Assembly (NCBI RefSeq): GCF_009914755.1
Contig: NC_060925.1
Length of the DNA stretch: 64,000 nt
Reading direction: 5' to 3' (one strand)
Source: the human T2T-CHM13v2.0 reference genome, Homo sapiens
Every line of letters starts with the position of its first letter. Position 1 is the stretch's first letter. Position numbers and translations under genes: made by a program. This document shows, one piece after another, positions 11,800-24,999 of this stretch. Below the pieces are notes generated by a model. That model saw only the letters and a list, made by a program, of their open reading frames with translations. It was not told where the DNA came from and ran no database searches.

Positions 11800-12366
11800 C
11801 TGGCACAAACTCCCTTGGCCACCTACTTAGCAACCATTCTCTTCTAGCAAAACTTTAATTTTGTTGAGTAATTCCCCTTCCCCCATGTGGATATGGACTT
11901 CACGGGGGTGGCACCAACTCCAGAGCCAAGAAGTGAGTGATGATTGGTCTAAGGCTAAGCCAATCCTGGTTGACCTGTTCCCTCTAATAGTGATTGGTTC
12001 AACCATGGGCAGCTGATACAGTTCTGTTCAATTAGTGGAAATCTATAAAGGAGCTTCTGGGAAAGGTTGAAGAGGTACCTGGGAAGAAATAGTTCCTTTT
12101 CTTGTCCCCTGGACAGGATTGTGTCTGCAGTTGAGGGCTGGAACCACAGCAGCCACCTTGCAGCCATGCTTACAGGCTGAGGAGGGCAGGAAAGAAAGAT
12201 AGACTTGGGACTTTGATGAGGGCCTGGGCTGATTAATTCATCAGCCCTAGAATCCCCCTAGCTCAAGACTTCTTATGTGAGAGAATAATTTTCAACATTG
12301 TTTAAACCAAATTGAGTTTCCTGTTGATGTTTCCTGTTACCTGAGATGGAAGCATCTACCTAATAC
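11800..12366 (+). mobile_element. Old MaLR LTR (MLT1J/K-like)
   Basis: gattggtctaagg..gccaatc, gtgattggttc, gcagccaccttgcagccatg, gacttcttatgtgagagaataa, end cctaatac. Confidence 0.7.
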
Positions 12367-12474
12367 TCTATTAATTAAAGTTTGGTAAGAGTCTGTTTTC
12401 CTGGAGCAAGGCACTTATGTACATATTACTTCTTGTTACGCTCACACTAGTAGAGCAGAATTAATATCCCTATT

Positions 12475-12868
12475 TGTCTTAGTCTGCTGTGGCTGCCATA
12501 ACACATATCATAGACTGTGTGGCTTAAACAACAGAATTTGATTTCCTCACAGTTCTGGAGGCTGGAAGTCTGAGATCAGGCTGCCAGCAGGGTCGGGTTC
12601 TGGGGAGGGCTCTCCTCCTGACTTGTAGATGGCCGCCTTCTCACTGGGACTTCACATGGCCTTTCCTTGTTGCATGTGCAGAGAGAGAGAGAGAATGAAT
12701 CTTATCCTCTTCTTACAAATCCTCCAATCCTATCAGATTAGTACCCCACCCTTAGGACCTCATTTAACCTTAATTACTTTCTAAAACCCCTACCTGCAAA
12801 TGCAGTCACATTGGGGGTTAGGGCTTCAACATATGAACTTGGGAAGACACAATTCAGTCCATATCACA
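12475..12868 (-). mobile_element. MLT1A0-like LTR
   Basis: tgtcttagtctgctgtggctgccataaca...ttctggaggctggaagtctgagatcagg...gggttagggcttcaacatatgaa. Confidence 0.9.
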
Positions 12869-13108
12869 ACTGCACACCCAAGAAAAATTAAACTCACAGA
12901 TGTGAAGTGACTTGCCCAAATCACATCACTTGCAAGGGGCAGAGCTAGGCTTTGAACAGAAGTCTGCACTTTAAAGTGTGTGCTCTCTGTGCTAGTCAAG
13001 CATCCCCTCTGGTGTGTGTGTGTGACTCAATCCATAAGTCATCTTACTATCCTACTCTGGGAAAGATAATTAATATAAAATTTTTCACATTTTAAAAAAA
13101 CAGCTTTA

Positions 13109-14155
<1,047 letters not shown>

Positions 14156-14619
14156 TCTTTGAATTTTAAAATCATACTTTCCATACATGAATGTTCCGGG
14201 AAGCTCAACCTCATGTGTTCTGTGGCTTGCGGGGAATCACACCGCAAAGACAGAAACACCCAGATGGCTGGGCCTGCTGAGCCTGTACTGCTTTCCAACA
14301 GCCATCCTGGGATCTTTCATCTAAATAGCTCTAGTTCCCTCATATCTCCAGAGAGCTTGCACCCCACCCCCGAGGCGTTGCAGGAAGGAATTCCATGTGT
14401 TCCCCGAATCCGAGCAGCCCGTGTCTAAGCGTCTTCACAGATGGGCAGTTCTTCTTTTATCTAGTCTCAAGCTTTCATGCTTCATTACTATTCTTCCCGC
14501 TGCTGATGAAATGAAGCTTTGAAGTGAGGGAACTGCATGGATCTGAAGGCTCGAGGAAGAGGATGACGGGAAGGCCCAGGAGTCTCTCCCATGTCCCTGG
14601 TTAGACAAAAAGCTGCCTG

Positions 14620-15002
14620 CTCCAGGAGCTGATGTTGTCACGACCCACCCACATCCCCTCGCTCGCTCTTGTCACTTCAAGCGTGCCACCCGACTTCCCC
14701 CTGCCAGCTCTCTGATTTCTTTGCTTAGGGTTCTCTTTGCCTGGCAGGGCAGTTTTGCCCACCCGATTCCCATCGCCTTCTCCCCCCAGGGAAGGATAAC
14801 TCTGAGGCTCACGTCTGTTCGACACTGGCTCCCAGCGTTTCCCCAGGGCTTGAGCCCCGTTGCCCACTGGGGTAGCTGCCGACGACACACTCTGCCTGGC
14901 TTCTCCTGTGCCCTGACAGTGGTTCTTGACATAGTCTGCAAATAACTACCTGCACCAGAATCCTTGCCTCAGGTCTGCTTCTGGGAAGCCCATTCTGAGC
15001 CA
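14620..15002 (+). mobile_element. LTR16-like ERVL LTR
   Basis: 3' end aaataactacctgcaccagaatccttgcctcaggtctgcttctggg resembles the LTR16 terminus. Confidence 0.6.
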
Positions 15003-17446
15003 AATGGTAGCAGTGAGCACTGGAGGTCTCTGGGGCCCTGGGCTGGCTGCTTTATGCACTGCTTTCATCAGTACAGTCCCCTGAGGTGGGACCGTTCACT
15101 GCCATCTTGCAGATGATGGGTAACTTGCCTGAAGTCGAGCACTTAGTGGGTGGCCAAGCCAGGTTTCAGACTCCCAGCCTCTCCCCTACCCACCTCCACC
15201 CTGAAACAAACATATTCAAATGCCCGTGTGACCCTTATCTGGAGTTTGAGTAAAACTCTTGGGCTTGGGAGTCCAAAACTCAGAATTCTGTCTCTGCCTC
15301 TGTCACAGATGTGCTGTGTGGCCTTGGACAAGTCACTTCCCCTATCTGGGCTCTATTTCCCCTTTATAATCTGGAGGGACTGGATTGTGTGATGTAAACA
15401 GGCCCCTCTAGCTCTGACATTTGGTAGAAGCTAAGGTTGAAGGAGGTGATTTTAGGACAAATACTAGGCCTCCCTATCTTATCTAGCGGGGAGTGAACTG
15501 CAGAGTTAGCACCCGCAGACAGCCGGGAGGAAACGAGAAAGAGCCATTTGAAGGATTCAGAGGAAGATGCCATGGAATAACAAGGGCAGCTCCTTGAGGG
15601 ATGCTGCGGGGAGAGGGGTGCAGACATCCAAGGTTAAAGGCAGGAGGGGTCAGTCTGGAACCTCCTTGTCCCTTGCTCCTGGTGGGAAGTGACCCGGGAA
15701 GAACCTGGGGTAGCGGGGGCTCCCTTCCTCTGTCCAGTCCCTTATAAGGGGTCCCTTGGGCAGAGGCTGTTCTGAACCTTCCTTCCCACGAGGACTCTCT
15801 CACCAGGAGGTCACCTCCCCTAGCACAGGGGTGGCAGGACAGGGTGGAGGGAGAGCTAATGAGCCAGAGCCATGTTCCCTCCGCCTCCAAAAGCCCAGAG
15901 CAAGGCAGAGGGAAGAGCCGGGTGAATTATGCATGTGCCTGTTAATCACGCACTGATTAAAATAATTGTACTAATATTAATTCTTCCAGCCCTCTTGGAG
16001 GAGAGGGCAGTGCCTGTTCCCTGCTCCTGGCAGTAGATCATGCCCAGCAGACCTGTGGATTTGTAGGATGCTGGCTCTCTGCCAGTCCCTGGGCATGCCG
16101 CTGGATGTGAGCTCATTGTACCCTCTGCCTTGTGAAGGAGGGAAGGCCCGGTGCCTGGCCTGGATGTCTGAAACTGCAGAATGAGGTTCAGAGATGTCAA
16201 GGGCCTTAATTACAGACACACAGCAATGAGCCTGGTTGGGAATCAGGCTTCCTGCTCCGCGGGCTGTCGGCTCTGCCTGCAGGGTGAAAACAAGAAGGAT
16301 TTTCAAGGCAGTGTCACATGGTTGAGCTGCTTTTAGGCAGATAACTGCAGGAGGGGACACAGAGAGGCATCCTAGCTTAAAGATATCTGACTTGCAAATG
16401 ACGAGACACCTGGCTTCATTTTTCAGACACCTGAAGGCATTGTGGCAAAGTTAAGGAACGATCACAGGCTCTGGGGCCAAACAGACTTGAATTCCAGTCT
16501 GGTCTCCCCCAGGCTCTAGCCAAGTGATCTTGAGAGCAAGACTTTTCCTCCTTGAACCTTAGGGGTCCCATCTGCAAAAGGAGTCAGTCAAGCCCAGAAC
16601 TGTTGTCGAGATTAAAGGATACAATCTAATAAGTAGGGCATCTCTTGGCACATAGCAGATAATCCTCGGGAGCAGTTTTCCAAGGAGTAAGCCTTTTCAC
16701 ACTGATGTGCCGTTTTCACTAACTGGTATTTAAGAGTATCTGCGCCCCTGACCCTGTGACCTTCTTCCCACCATGGAAGACTTTCCTCCTCTTCCTTGGT
16801 GAGGTGGGAGGAGTTCCGGGGTCTCCACAGAGAATTTAGAATACAGAGCAATTCCCCAAGGAAACAATGTTACAAGTCATTGGTAACCACAAATGTAAAT
16901 AAAACGTTGTCAGCTCCCTTGGGGATTAGGGGGCTTTGGGGGCTACCCTGGGGCTTTAAGGACAACAGGCCAGCTGTGACTTTAGCAGTGCTATTAGTAG
17001 CCTTGCCCACTGCTTATTGAGCTTCTATTTGCTGGGCACTTGACATACAGCGCTTCCTATAATTTTTCTGGATGTATTTGAGGTTGGTGAGTATTTTTAT
17101 TTCCCCCTTTAACAGATGAGGACACAGAGTGGTTTAATTCCAGGCTAAAGTTTGCCATCCTCCCAGTCTGTGCTTTTAACCATGACTTTATTGTATCCAC
17201 TGACACTGTTTATCTGGGAAGATATATTGCTTGATCCAAGAAGCTGACTTAGAAGTGAACTTTACAGACAGATCCTTCCATAAGCTAAAGATTGCATAGA
17301 CTCTGGTGGCCTGGAGAATCCAGAGTCAGTAATAATCCAATAATGGGCACTTTCTGAAGGACTCAGACAACAGGGCAGGTGGTCCAGGGTCCAAGGTTTT
17401 TCCTTTGCCCCGAAAAGTCCACGCAGAGCCCTGAGCATGTACCCAG

Positions 17447-17532
17447 AGATGGCTGAGAAGGACTGTGGTCGTGTGTGGGGATGGGGTCAGATGGCTGAGA
17501 AGGACTGTGGTCGTGTGTGGGGATGGGGTCAG
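17447..17532. repeat. Perfect 42-bp tandem duplication
   Basis: agatggctgagaaggactgtggtcgtgtgtggggatggggtc x2. Confidence 0.97.
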
Positions 17533-17539
17533 TGAGGTA

Positions 17540-17570
17540 TGTGTGTGTGTGTGTGTGTGTATGTGTGTGT
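17540..17570. repeat. (TG)n microsatellite
   Basis: tgtgtgtg... run with one ta interruption. Confidence 0.95.
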
Positions 17571-18501
17571 ACATGGTTCTTGGTACATATGCATAAACCT
17601 ATCTATATTCATGTGCACATAAAACATAAACACAGGCCATTATCCAGTCTCAGGTTCTCTCTGATGATTTTTTTTTCTGCAGTTGATTATTGCCTTGTCC
17701 TGTCTCTTCATCTCTTATTTCTTATTCACAAACACACTTACTGATGTGGTGTGCATTTCCTTAATTTGCATGGGTTTGCATAGTGCCTGGGGAATGATCA
17801 AATGTCTCATCCCCTCTCTCCACTTGAACAAGGAATTCCCCATTTAGAGCAACGACCCTGTGGAAGGGGGAGTGGGTGTGTTTGGGTGATTGGATCGAGG
17901 AGGTGGCACATATATGTTAAAAAGTCATATTCGGTATGCCCGTTGTCTTCAAAATATATCCTATGGCAAACAAGCTTCTCAGTGAGTGGAGAAGATGATG
18001 AATTTGGATCTCCTAGGGGGTGGATGAAGAGGCGCCGAGATTGGTGAGTTTATCTGAAGGGGCAGGGGTGGGATGCAAAGGTGGGCACGATGGGGCGAGT
18101 TTCTTACTTTTTTTCTAGCTCTCATTGGCCAGTGCTTAAGCCATCACATAGATTTCAATCAGCTGTAACAGATATAACCTTGAAGTGTGAGGTTGTCAGG
18201 AAAAAGAAGAAAGGAAGGCGGGGAAGTGGGGAGAGAGAGAGAGAAAGAGGGAGCAGGCTGGAAAAGAGAGAAAGGGAGTGTCAGACACTGTGACAACAGC
18301 GTCATTCCCTCCATCGTGTCCTGTTGACCTGCCGCAGGCCAGCCCCAAAATGCATACAGCCAGGTCTTGCCCAATCAGATATTCTCGTTATCCCCTTAAT
18401 TATTCTTTACAATTAAGCTGTATGTTCTCCATTTACAGAAGAGGAAGTGAAACCATAAAGAGGTCCCTTGGCCACCGAAAGGGAGACTCGGGTTTCAGCC
18501 G

Positions 18502-18730
18502 AATGTCTTTCTTCCTGAGTTGAAATCCCTGATCCACCTCTTACCATAATAACCATGTGATATTGAACGAGTTATCTAACTTCATGTTGCCTCAGTTTCT
18601 GCATCTGTGAAGTGGGGATAATACTGCAGAACTATTAGGGTTGTATAAGCCTTAAATGAGTTAATGTACATAAAATGCATAGAACAGTGCCAGGTGCATA
18701 TTAAATCCTGTATAAGTGTTAGCTATTATT
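18502..18730 (+). mobile_element. MIR (left arm of high-identity inverted repeat)
   Basis: gcctcagtttctgcatctgtgaagtggggataata...ttaaatgagttaat...tagaacagtgccagg. Confidence 0.9.
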
Positions 18731-19509
18731 CTATTGTTATTATTCTACGAGCATAGATTGTTCAGTTAAAAATCTTGTCCCTCCCTCTTTCTCCCAGTGC
18801 CCCTTCCTGCCAGCTTCTCCTTCCTTTTAAGAGTTAAGCCCTGGGGTCGGCTTCTCCGGCCAGCAAGTGATGTCATCCCCCCTTCCCCTTCCCCCTACCC
18901 CACCCCAGGGTCTGGCCTCCCAGAGGACGGGTCTGTGCCTGTTTTCCAGACCCCCAGGCAGGCAGCAGTTCGGGGAGCGAGCGCAGGGATGCTTATTCTC
19001 CGCCCTTCCTCTCTTTGAGAATCTAAGGGCATAAGTTAGATAACCGTGACACCTGTTTTAAATTAGCCCTCAGAAGCCTCCGACAGCTGAGAAATTATTT
19101 AACAGGGAAAGAATTGAGTTCATGAATAAATATTAATATTAAATCACCACTTCCCTAGATTTAAGAGGAAGGGTGGGGGACTCACCAATAGATGGAGGCA
19201 GCAGGTGTCCTGGAGATGCCACTGTGCAGGGCTCAGAGAAGCCAGCTGTGGGGTGGGACTACGGAGCCACCGACCATTGGTCACCTCGTTCCTGTCCAAG
19301 CCGAGAGGGGACTCTGTCCATCAGGGAGGCTGGCAGGTGGCAGAGGCAACATCCAAGCAGCTCACGGCAACTCAACAGGTGCTCGTTTGAGCTCCAACCT
19401 TCCCAGGCTGCGGTCTTAGAGGGAGAGAGACTCCACCTGAGAGCTGCCCAAAGCATGGAGCAGACTCCCACCCCCATCCCTCAGAGAGGGGCCACTGTCC
19501 CAGCCCAGC

Positions 19510-19770
19510 CTGGCCCCATTGTGACTTTCATGGGTCCAGCACTGTTACCTCCGTGGGCCCCTGCCTCCATGTAAAAATGGTAAAATGTTTATTTTATGAC
19601 CACATTGGAATAAAGATGTATTCCAAAGATGTAATCCAGGCTGGATTTGTAATTCTATATTCATTATTATTTTATTCATTTTTTTCCCTGATTTTAAAAG
19701 GAATCAAAATGAAAACATATTTTGGGCCCTGGGCACGGTCCCTACTGGGCCTGATGGAGGCGGCAACTCT
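19510..19770. mobile_element. hAT-Tip100 MITE (ORSL-like)
   Basis: gggccc-bearing ends around an AT-rich core (aatccaggctggatt, ttttaaaaggaa); family recalled, not certain. Confidence 0.5.
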
Positions 19771-20069
19771 CTGGCTGGGGTCGGGGTGACGGATGCTTGA
19801 GCCAGGGAAGCAGGAACTGGTGAGGAGGGGTCGGCTTGGGGGTGAGGGTCTCCAGGGGATGGCAGAGCCACCCAAGGGATGTGAGGATCTGGAAACTCAG
19901 ATCCCATCCTTTAGGTCCAGATCACAGATTGAAATTAAGTAAGAATCATCAATTTCTATGAATAACAAAAGTAATAATAATGAGTATGAATGAATAGCAC
20001 ACTCTGCTTTGACTGTCCTGACCCCCTTGGCATTCTTCAAAAGCCTCCAAGCAAAAGGAAAAGAAACTG

Positions 20070-20460
20070 CCAAGCACATTCCAGGCTCAGGGCCTTCGCC
20101 TTAGCTCTCCTGGCCTGGCATCCTCTTTCCTGGTATTTGAGTGACTCGCTCTCCCTTCTTCTTGGGTCACCATCCTAGTGAGGTTCTTCCTGGCTTTTGG
20201 ATCGAAATAGCCCCTCTACTCCCTTTATCCACTGTTCTTTTCCCCTCCTTAATTTTCTCCATAGCACTTCCTGCTTCCTTATATTCCACTGCGTGACACA
20301 TGGAAACATAGGGTATAATAGAATATACGCTGCATGTGGCGAGGTGTAGATGTTTACCAGGTTGTAGGGACTTTGTTTCATTCTTCTTTGTGCACTTAGC
20401 ATCTAGAATAGTGCCTGCCATGCAGGGTGCTCAAAAAACCCTGAATGAATGAATGAATGA
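20070..20460 (+). mobile_element. L2 3' end
   Basis: ctcagggccttcgcc...tttctccatagcactt...tagaatagtgcctg...(tgaa)n tail. Confidence 0.8.
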
Positions 20461-20827
20461 AACATGTCTGGCACATACATGGCAGTTACAACCATCTTTG
20501 TGCCTAGCGCTTTGGGTTGCTGAGCCCTCAGCCTTCAGTGAGGAGGTATTGGCCTTCTTCCACCATTGCAGAGACTGAGGCCTGGACATACAAACAAGCA
20601 TGCCCCACAGTCATACAGTTAAGGTAGATCAATAGCTTCCCTGGATAAAACAAAGTGTAGACAGGTCCAAGGTTTGAGCAAAAAAGTGGTTTGGAAGGCG
20701 CAGTTATGGAAGGATGAGGGAATAAGGGGGCTGATGATTTCCCTTCCTACTCCAGGTTCAGCATTTCAGTTTCTGTCTGCACCAGAGCCTTCTAGGCTCT
20801 TTGTTGGAAACTGTGGATGTCACACTA

Positions 20828-21055
20828 TAGCTCATACTTACTTATACAGAATTTAATATGCACCTGGCACTGTTCTATGCATTTTACATATATTAACTCA
20901 TTTAAGGCTTATACAACCTTGATGAGTTCTGCAGTATTATCCCCACTTCACAGATGCAGAAACTGAGGCAACATGAAGTTAGATAACTCGTTTGATATCA
21001 CATGGTATTGTGGTAAGAGGCGGATCAGGGATTTGAAATCAAGAAGAAAGACATT
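20828..21055 (-). mobile_element. MIR (right arm of high-identity inverted repeat)
   Basis: cctggcactgttcta...tattaactcattta...tattatccccacttcacagatgcagaaactgaggc. Confidence 0.9.
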
Positions 21056-22299
21056 GGAGTTGGGGACACTGGTTTAAGTGCCTGCCCTGCAGAACCTAAG
21101 CAGATCTGTTTTCCCCTGGGCCTCAGTCTCCCCCTCTGTAAAGGAGGGAACTGGGCCACAGTCTGTGATCCCTGCATCGGGCAGGGCTGAGTGCTCCCTT
21201 CTTCTGCATCCAGGCTTCCCACCAGGGAAGGGAATGAGCCCTCCTCCTTGCTGCCTCCCCTCCTCCTAGTCCCCGGCTCAGGGCCTGATGCCTGCAGGTG
21301 GTGGTGGATCCTCGGTCGTGCGGCGGATGTGTTCTGGCATCATTTAACACCTGCCTCATATCTCCGAAGCCCCATCCTACACGTAGCTGTGAGCACATAG
21401 CTCTGCCGAACTCCAAATAGACATAAGCCACTGCCCTGCTCGGCTTCTTGTCTAATTATGGCTGCGACATTGATGTGACAGGGTGCGTTTAATTACAGGA
21501 CCATGCACACTGACCCAAACGCTGTTTTGGCCCAGAATTTTCCAGCTTGAGCAGCCCAAACGCTGTGTGTGATGATAATAATAAGGACCTTTAGATTGTG
21601 CTGGGGATTAAATGAGATAATACATGCTTCTGGCAGGGAGCAGGGCACCAGCCAGTGACCTGTGGTCAGGTCCCAGCTCCTCCTTCCCCTTCCTGCTCCT
21701 GACATGGATGCCCACTCTGCCTAGCCATGCCCTGGAAAGACACCCATCCTATCTTGGCTAGGCAGAATGTCAGCTCTGTCTTTTTTGAATTTGTCCTCCA
21801 AGGATTTGCAGAAGATGGGAACAGGGGAGGCCTTCTGAATATAGTGACTCTTCTCCCAGCTCCCAGAAGCACATCTGGCTTGGCAGCATCTTTGGGCCAC
21901 CCAAAGCCAGGGTCCCTTGGCCCAGGCAGCATTTGGGTCAGTGTGAGGGCCTTCAGTAAGCACACGTTCCCATCTTGACACCACTGCCATCACTAGATAA
22001 GACACTGAGAGGGACGGCGGGCTGTGTTCATTTTGTGTCTGATGAGCTCTGCTATAAAATGAGGAAAGCAGTTCAGAGAAATTAAGCAACTTGCCCAGAG
22101 TTGTCCAGCTAGGAATTTCCAGAGCTGTACTCAGATTCAGAACTCTGGGTGACTGCCCTATGCCAGGCACCCCCATTTGTTAGCCTTTAAATGGGATCTG
22201 AAACCTTTATTTATCGGGACAAGTCCTGAGTGTCCAGCAGACCAAGCTTTCCTTCCTTTCCTTCCACCACAAAGTGGAAAGTCTTGCCACCACTTCTGA

Positions 22300-22612
<313 letters not shown>

Positions 22613-23704
22613 CCCAGAAAGTGTCTTTTGAGGGTAACTTGTTTCTTCTTTTCCTGAACCTGTGGCATATGTCACAACTCTTAGCAGCTGTCCCAGCACT
22701 GGTTCTTTTCCCTCCTGGCAGTGACCAGAGCTGTCATTAAGTGACTCATTGTGAGAGCAGAGACTGTCTCTGTCACCACTGTTGAATGAATGAATGCATG
22801 CATGGATGAATGAATGAATGAAACATGAAACTCTTTCCTGAGTTCTGTCCTTTCATTGCTCTAGCATGCTGCCCTCTGAGCACTTCCCACCCCTCGAGGG
22901 GGGTCATCCGTATAGGGGTGGGAACAGAGCCAAGGTGCCTAATGGGGTCCGAAGCCTCTCCACCTGGTGAAATTGCCTGTAGATTCCATGTCTGTGTCTG
23001 TCCACTTGACCCATGCTCCAGGCCCCGCTGCCCTCATCTCTCGTTCCCCTGATGAATCACACGAGGCCTGGTGACACAGCATCATCACTCTCCTTATCCA
23101 GCAGACGCGACATCACCCTCCTTCACCCGCTGCAAACTGGCTGCCCAGGCATTACAGGAAGCCACCCTGCCCCCTCCTGGGCCTGGCTGCCCTCGCCTCT
23201 GTAATATCCTTTTTCTAATAGAGTGACCTGAACCCTATGTGCTGTTCTAAAAGCAGCCTCAGAAGCCCCTGAGACAGGCAGCCAGGTAATTCCCCTGGCG
23301 GAGGCACGATCTTACCTTGCCCTGCATGTCTGAACCTGCTGGCTGGCTGAAGAATGTCCGTTTTATAGAATATAATAAAATAAAACAGGTTCATTCCACA
23401 AATTTTGAGGCACCATCTAGCTCTGAGGTTTGGGGGCTCTTCCTTTCCATTAAGTTGTAAACTGCATGAGAACTGGACCATGTCTGTGAATGGGTGAATT
23501 TTATTTTATGTAAATTAAACCTCAAGGTAGCTGGTAACAATGAATGCAAGTAGATAGGATATATGGCAGCTGAAATAATATTCCAGGAACAATGATAACC
23601 TTGTGCATCTGGTACCCATGAGGAGGAGGTCAGAGGTGAGCCTGGAAAGCTGGCACAAGCCCAGGTCATGGATAGCCTTGAGCAGCATTTGACATCATGA
23701 GATA

Positions 23705-24155
23705 CGTAACAGCCATCGCTGTGTAACAGCCAGCCCAAAACTCAGTGGCTTAAATATAACCATTTATTCTCCTACCACAGATTTATGGTGGGTGGAGGTC
23801 AGCTTGCGTGAGTTGGGCTCAGCTGGGCCATTTAAGCTGCTGGTCCAGCTGGGCTTGGCTCCAGATGGTGGGTTGAACTGTGTAGTTCATTCTGAGGTCC
23901 CAGCTGAGGGAGCAGCAGCTCCCTCGGGTGGCGGGTGGTGCGGGGGGAAGCTCTTCTTGTGAAGGGGGCAGAAATGCAGAAGGGAGGGTCCCACTGGGCA
24001 AGCCTATTCCAAGCCATTGCTCAACCGAACATCCCATTGGCTAAAGCAAGTAACATGACAAAACCCCACAGTGATGGGATGAAGAAGTAGGTTCTGCCCA
24101 CAGAGAAGGGGAGAAGGGAGTGGGTATTTGCCGAACACCAGTTCAAGCATTCACA
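23705..24155 (-). mobile_element. Old MaLR LTR (MLT1H/I-like)
   Basis: gctgtgtaaca..cccaaaactcagtggcttaaa...catcccattggctaaagcaagtaacatg. Confidence 0.75.
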
Positions 24156-24999
24156 AGGTAACACAGGATAGTGTCAAGAGAATAGGTTCTGGAGTCTGGG
24201 TTCACATTTTGATATTCATCAGCCATGTGACTTCAGGAAAGTAACTTCCCCTCTCTGTGCCTCAATTTCCCCACCAAAAAAGCAGATATCAAACATAGCC
24301 CATTCAATGACATAATCTCCATCCAGCCTTCTAGCCTTGGGCTTCTCACAGAGTGAGCACTTATGTCCACCATGATTTCAAAGATGATGAGAGATATTCC
24401 AATTTCCTCTTTGTTATCCTTTCTGGTTCCCCGCATCCTCCTTTCTTTCTGCTGGGCCAAACCACCCTCCCTTCTCCCCCTCCCCAGGGCCTCCACTCTC
24501 TTCAAATATTTGGAAACGTCCCTGGGGTCCCCAGTCTCGGTCCTGGTTAAGCCAAGCTACACAGATTTCGTTCCTTTAATCTTTCCTCGTAAATTAATCC
24601 CTCTGAACCTTTAATCATTTTCCTCGAATGAGATTCAAATGAGACGCTTGTCTGGACTCCCACCGCACACGGGCTGCAGCCTGGTGACAGCCTGTCATGC
24701 TGACAGGTTTCTTGCCCTTTGGGGAGGGTGCACCAAGCTGCCCCAGAGATAAGAAGATTGTGGGTATCAGGAACTCATACCAACAAAACAACCCAAGCTT
24801 TTGTGGGTATCCTGCCTCTTTACCTGTGTGTTTCCTGAAGTAGGAATGGGTGGTTGATGACGTGCACCCTCCCTCCCCCAGCTCCTCTTGTGACCCACTG
24901 GCCACCAGTTATCCCTTATATGGAATGTGTGCCCTGTCTTTGTACTTGGCATGTCAAATCCTCACGATCTCCCTGAGAGGTGAGATGAGACAATAGTAA

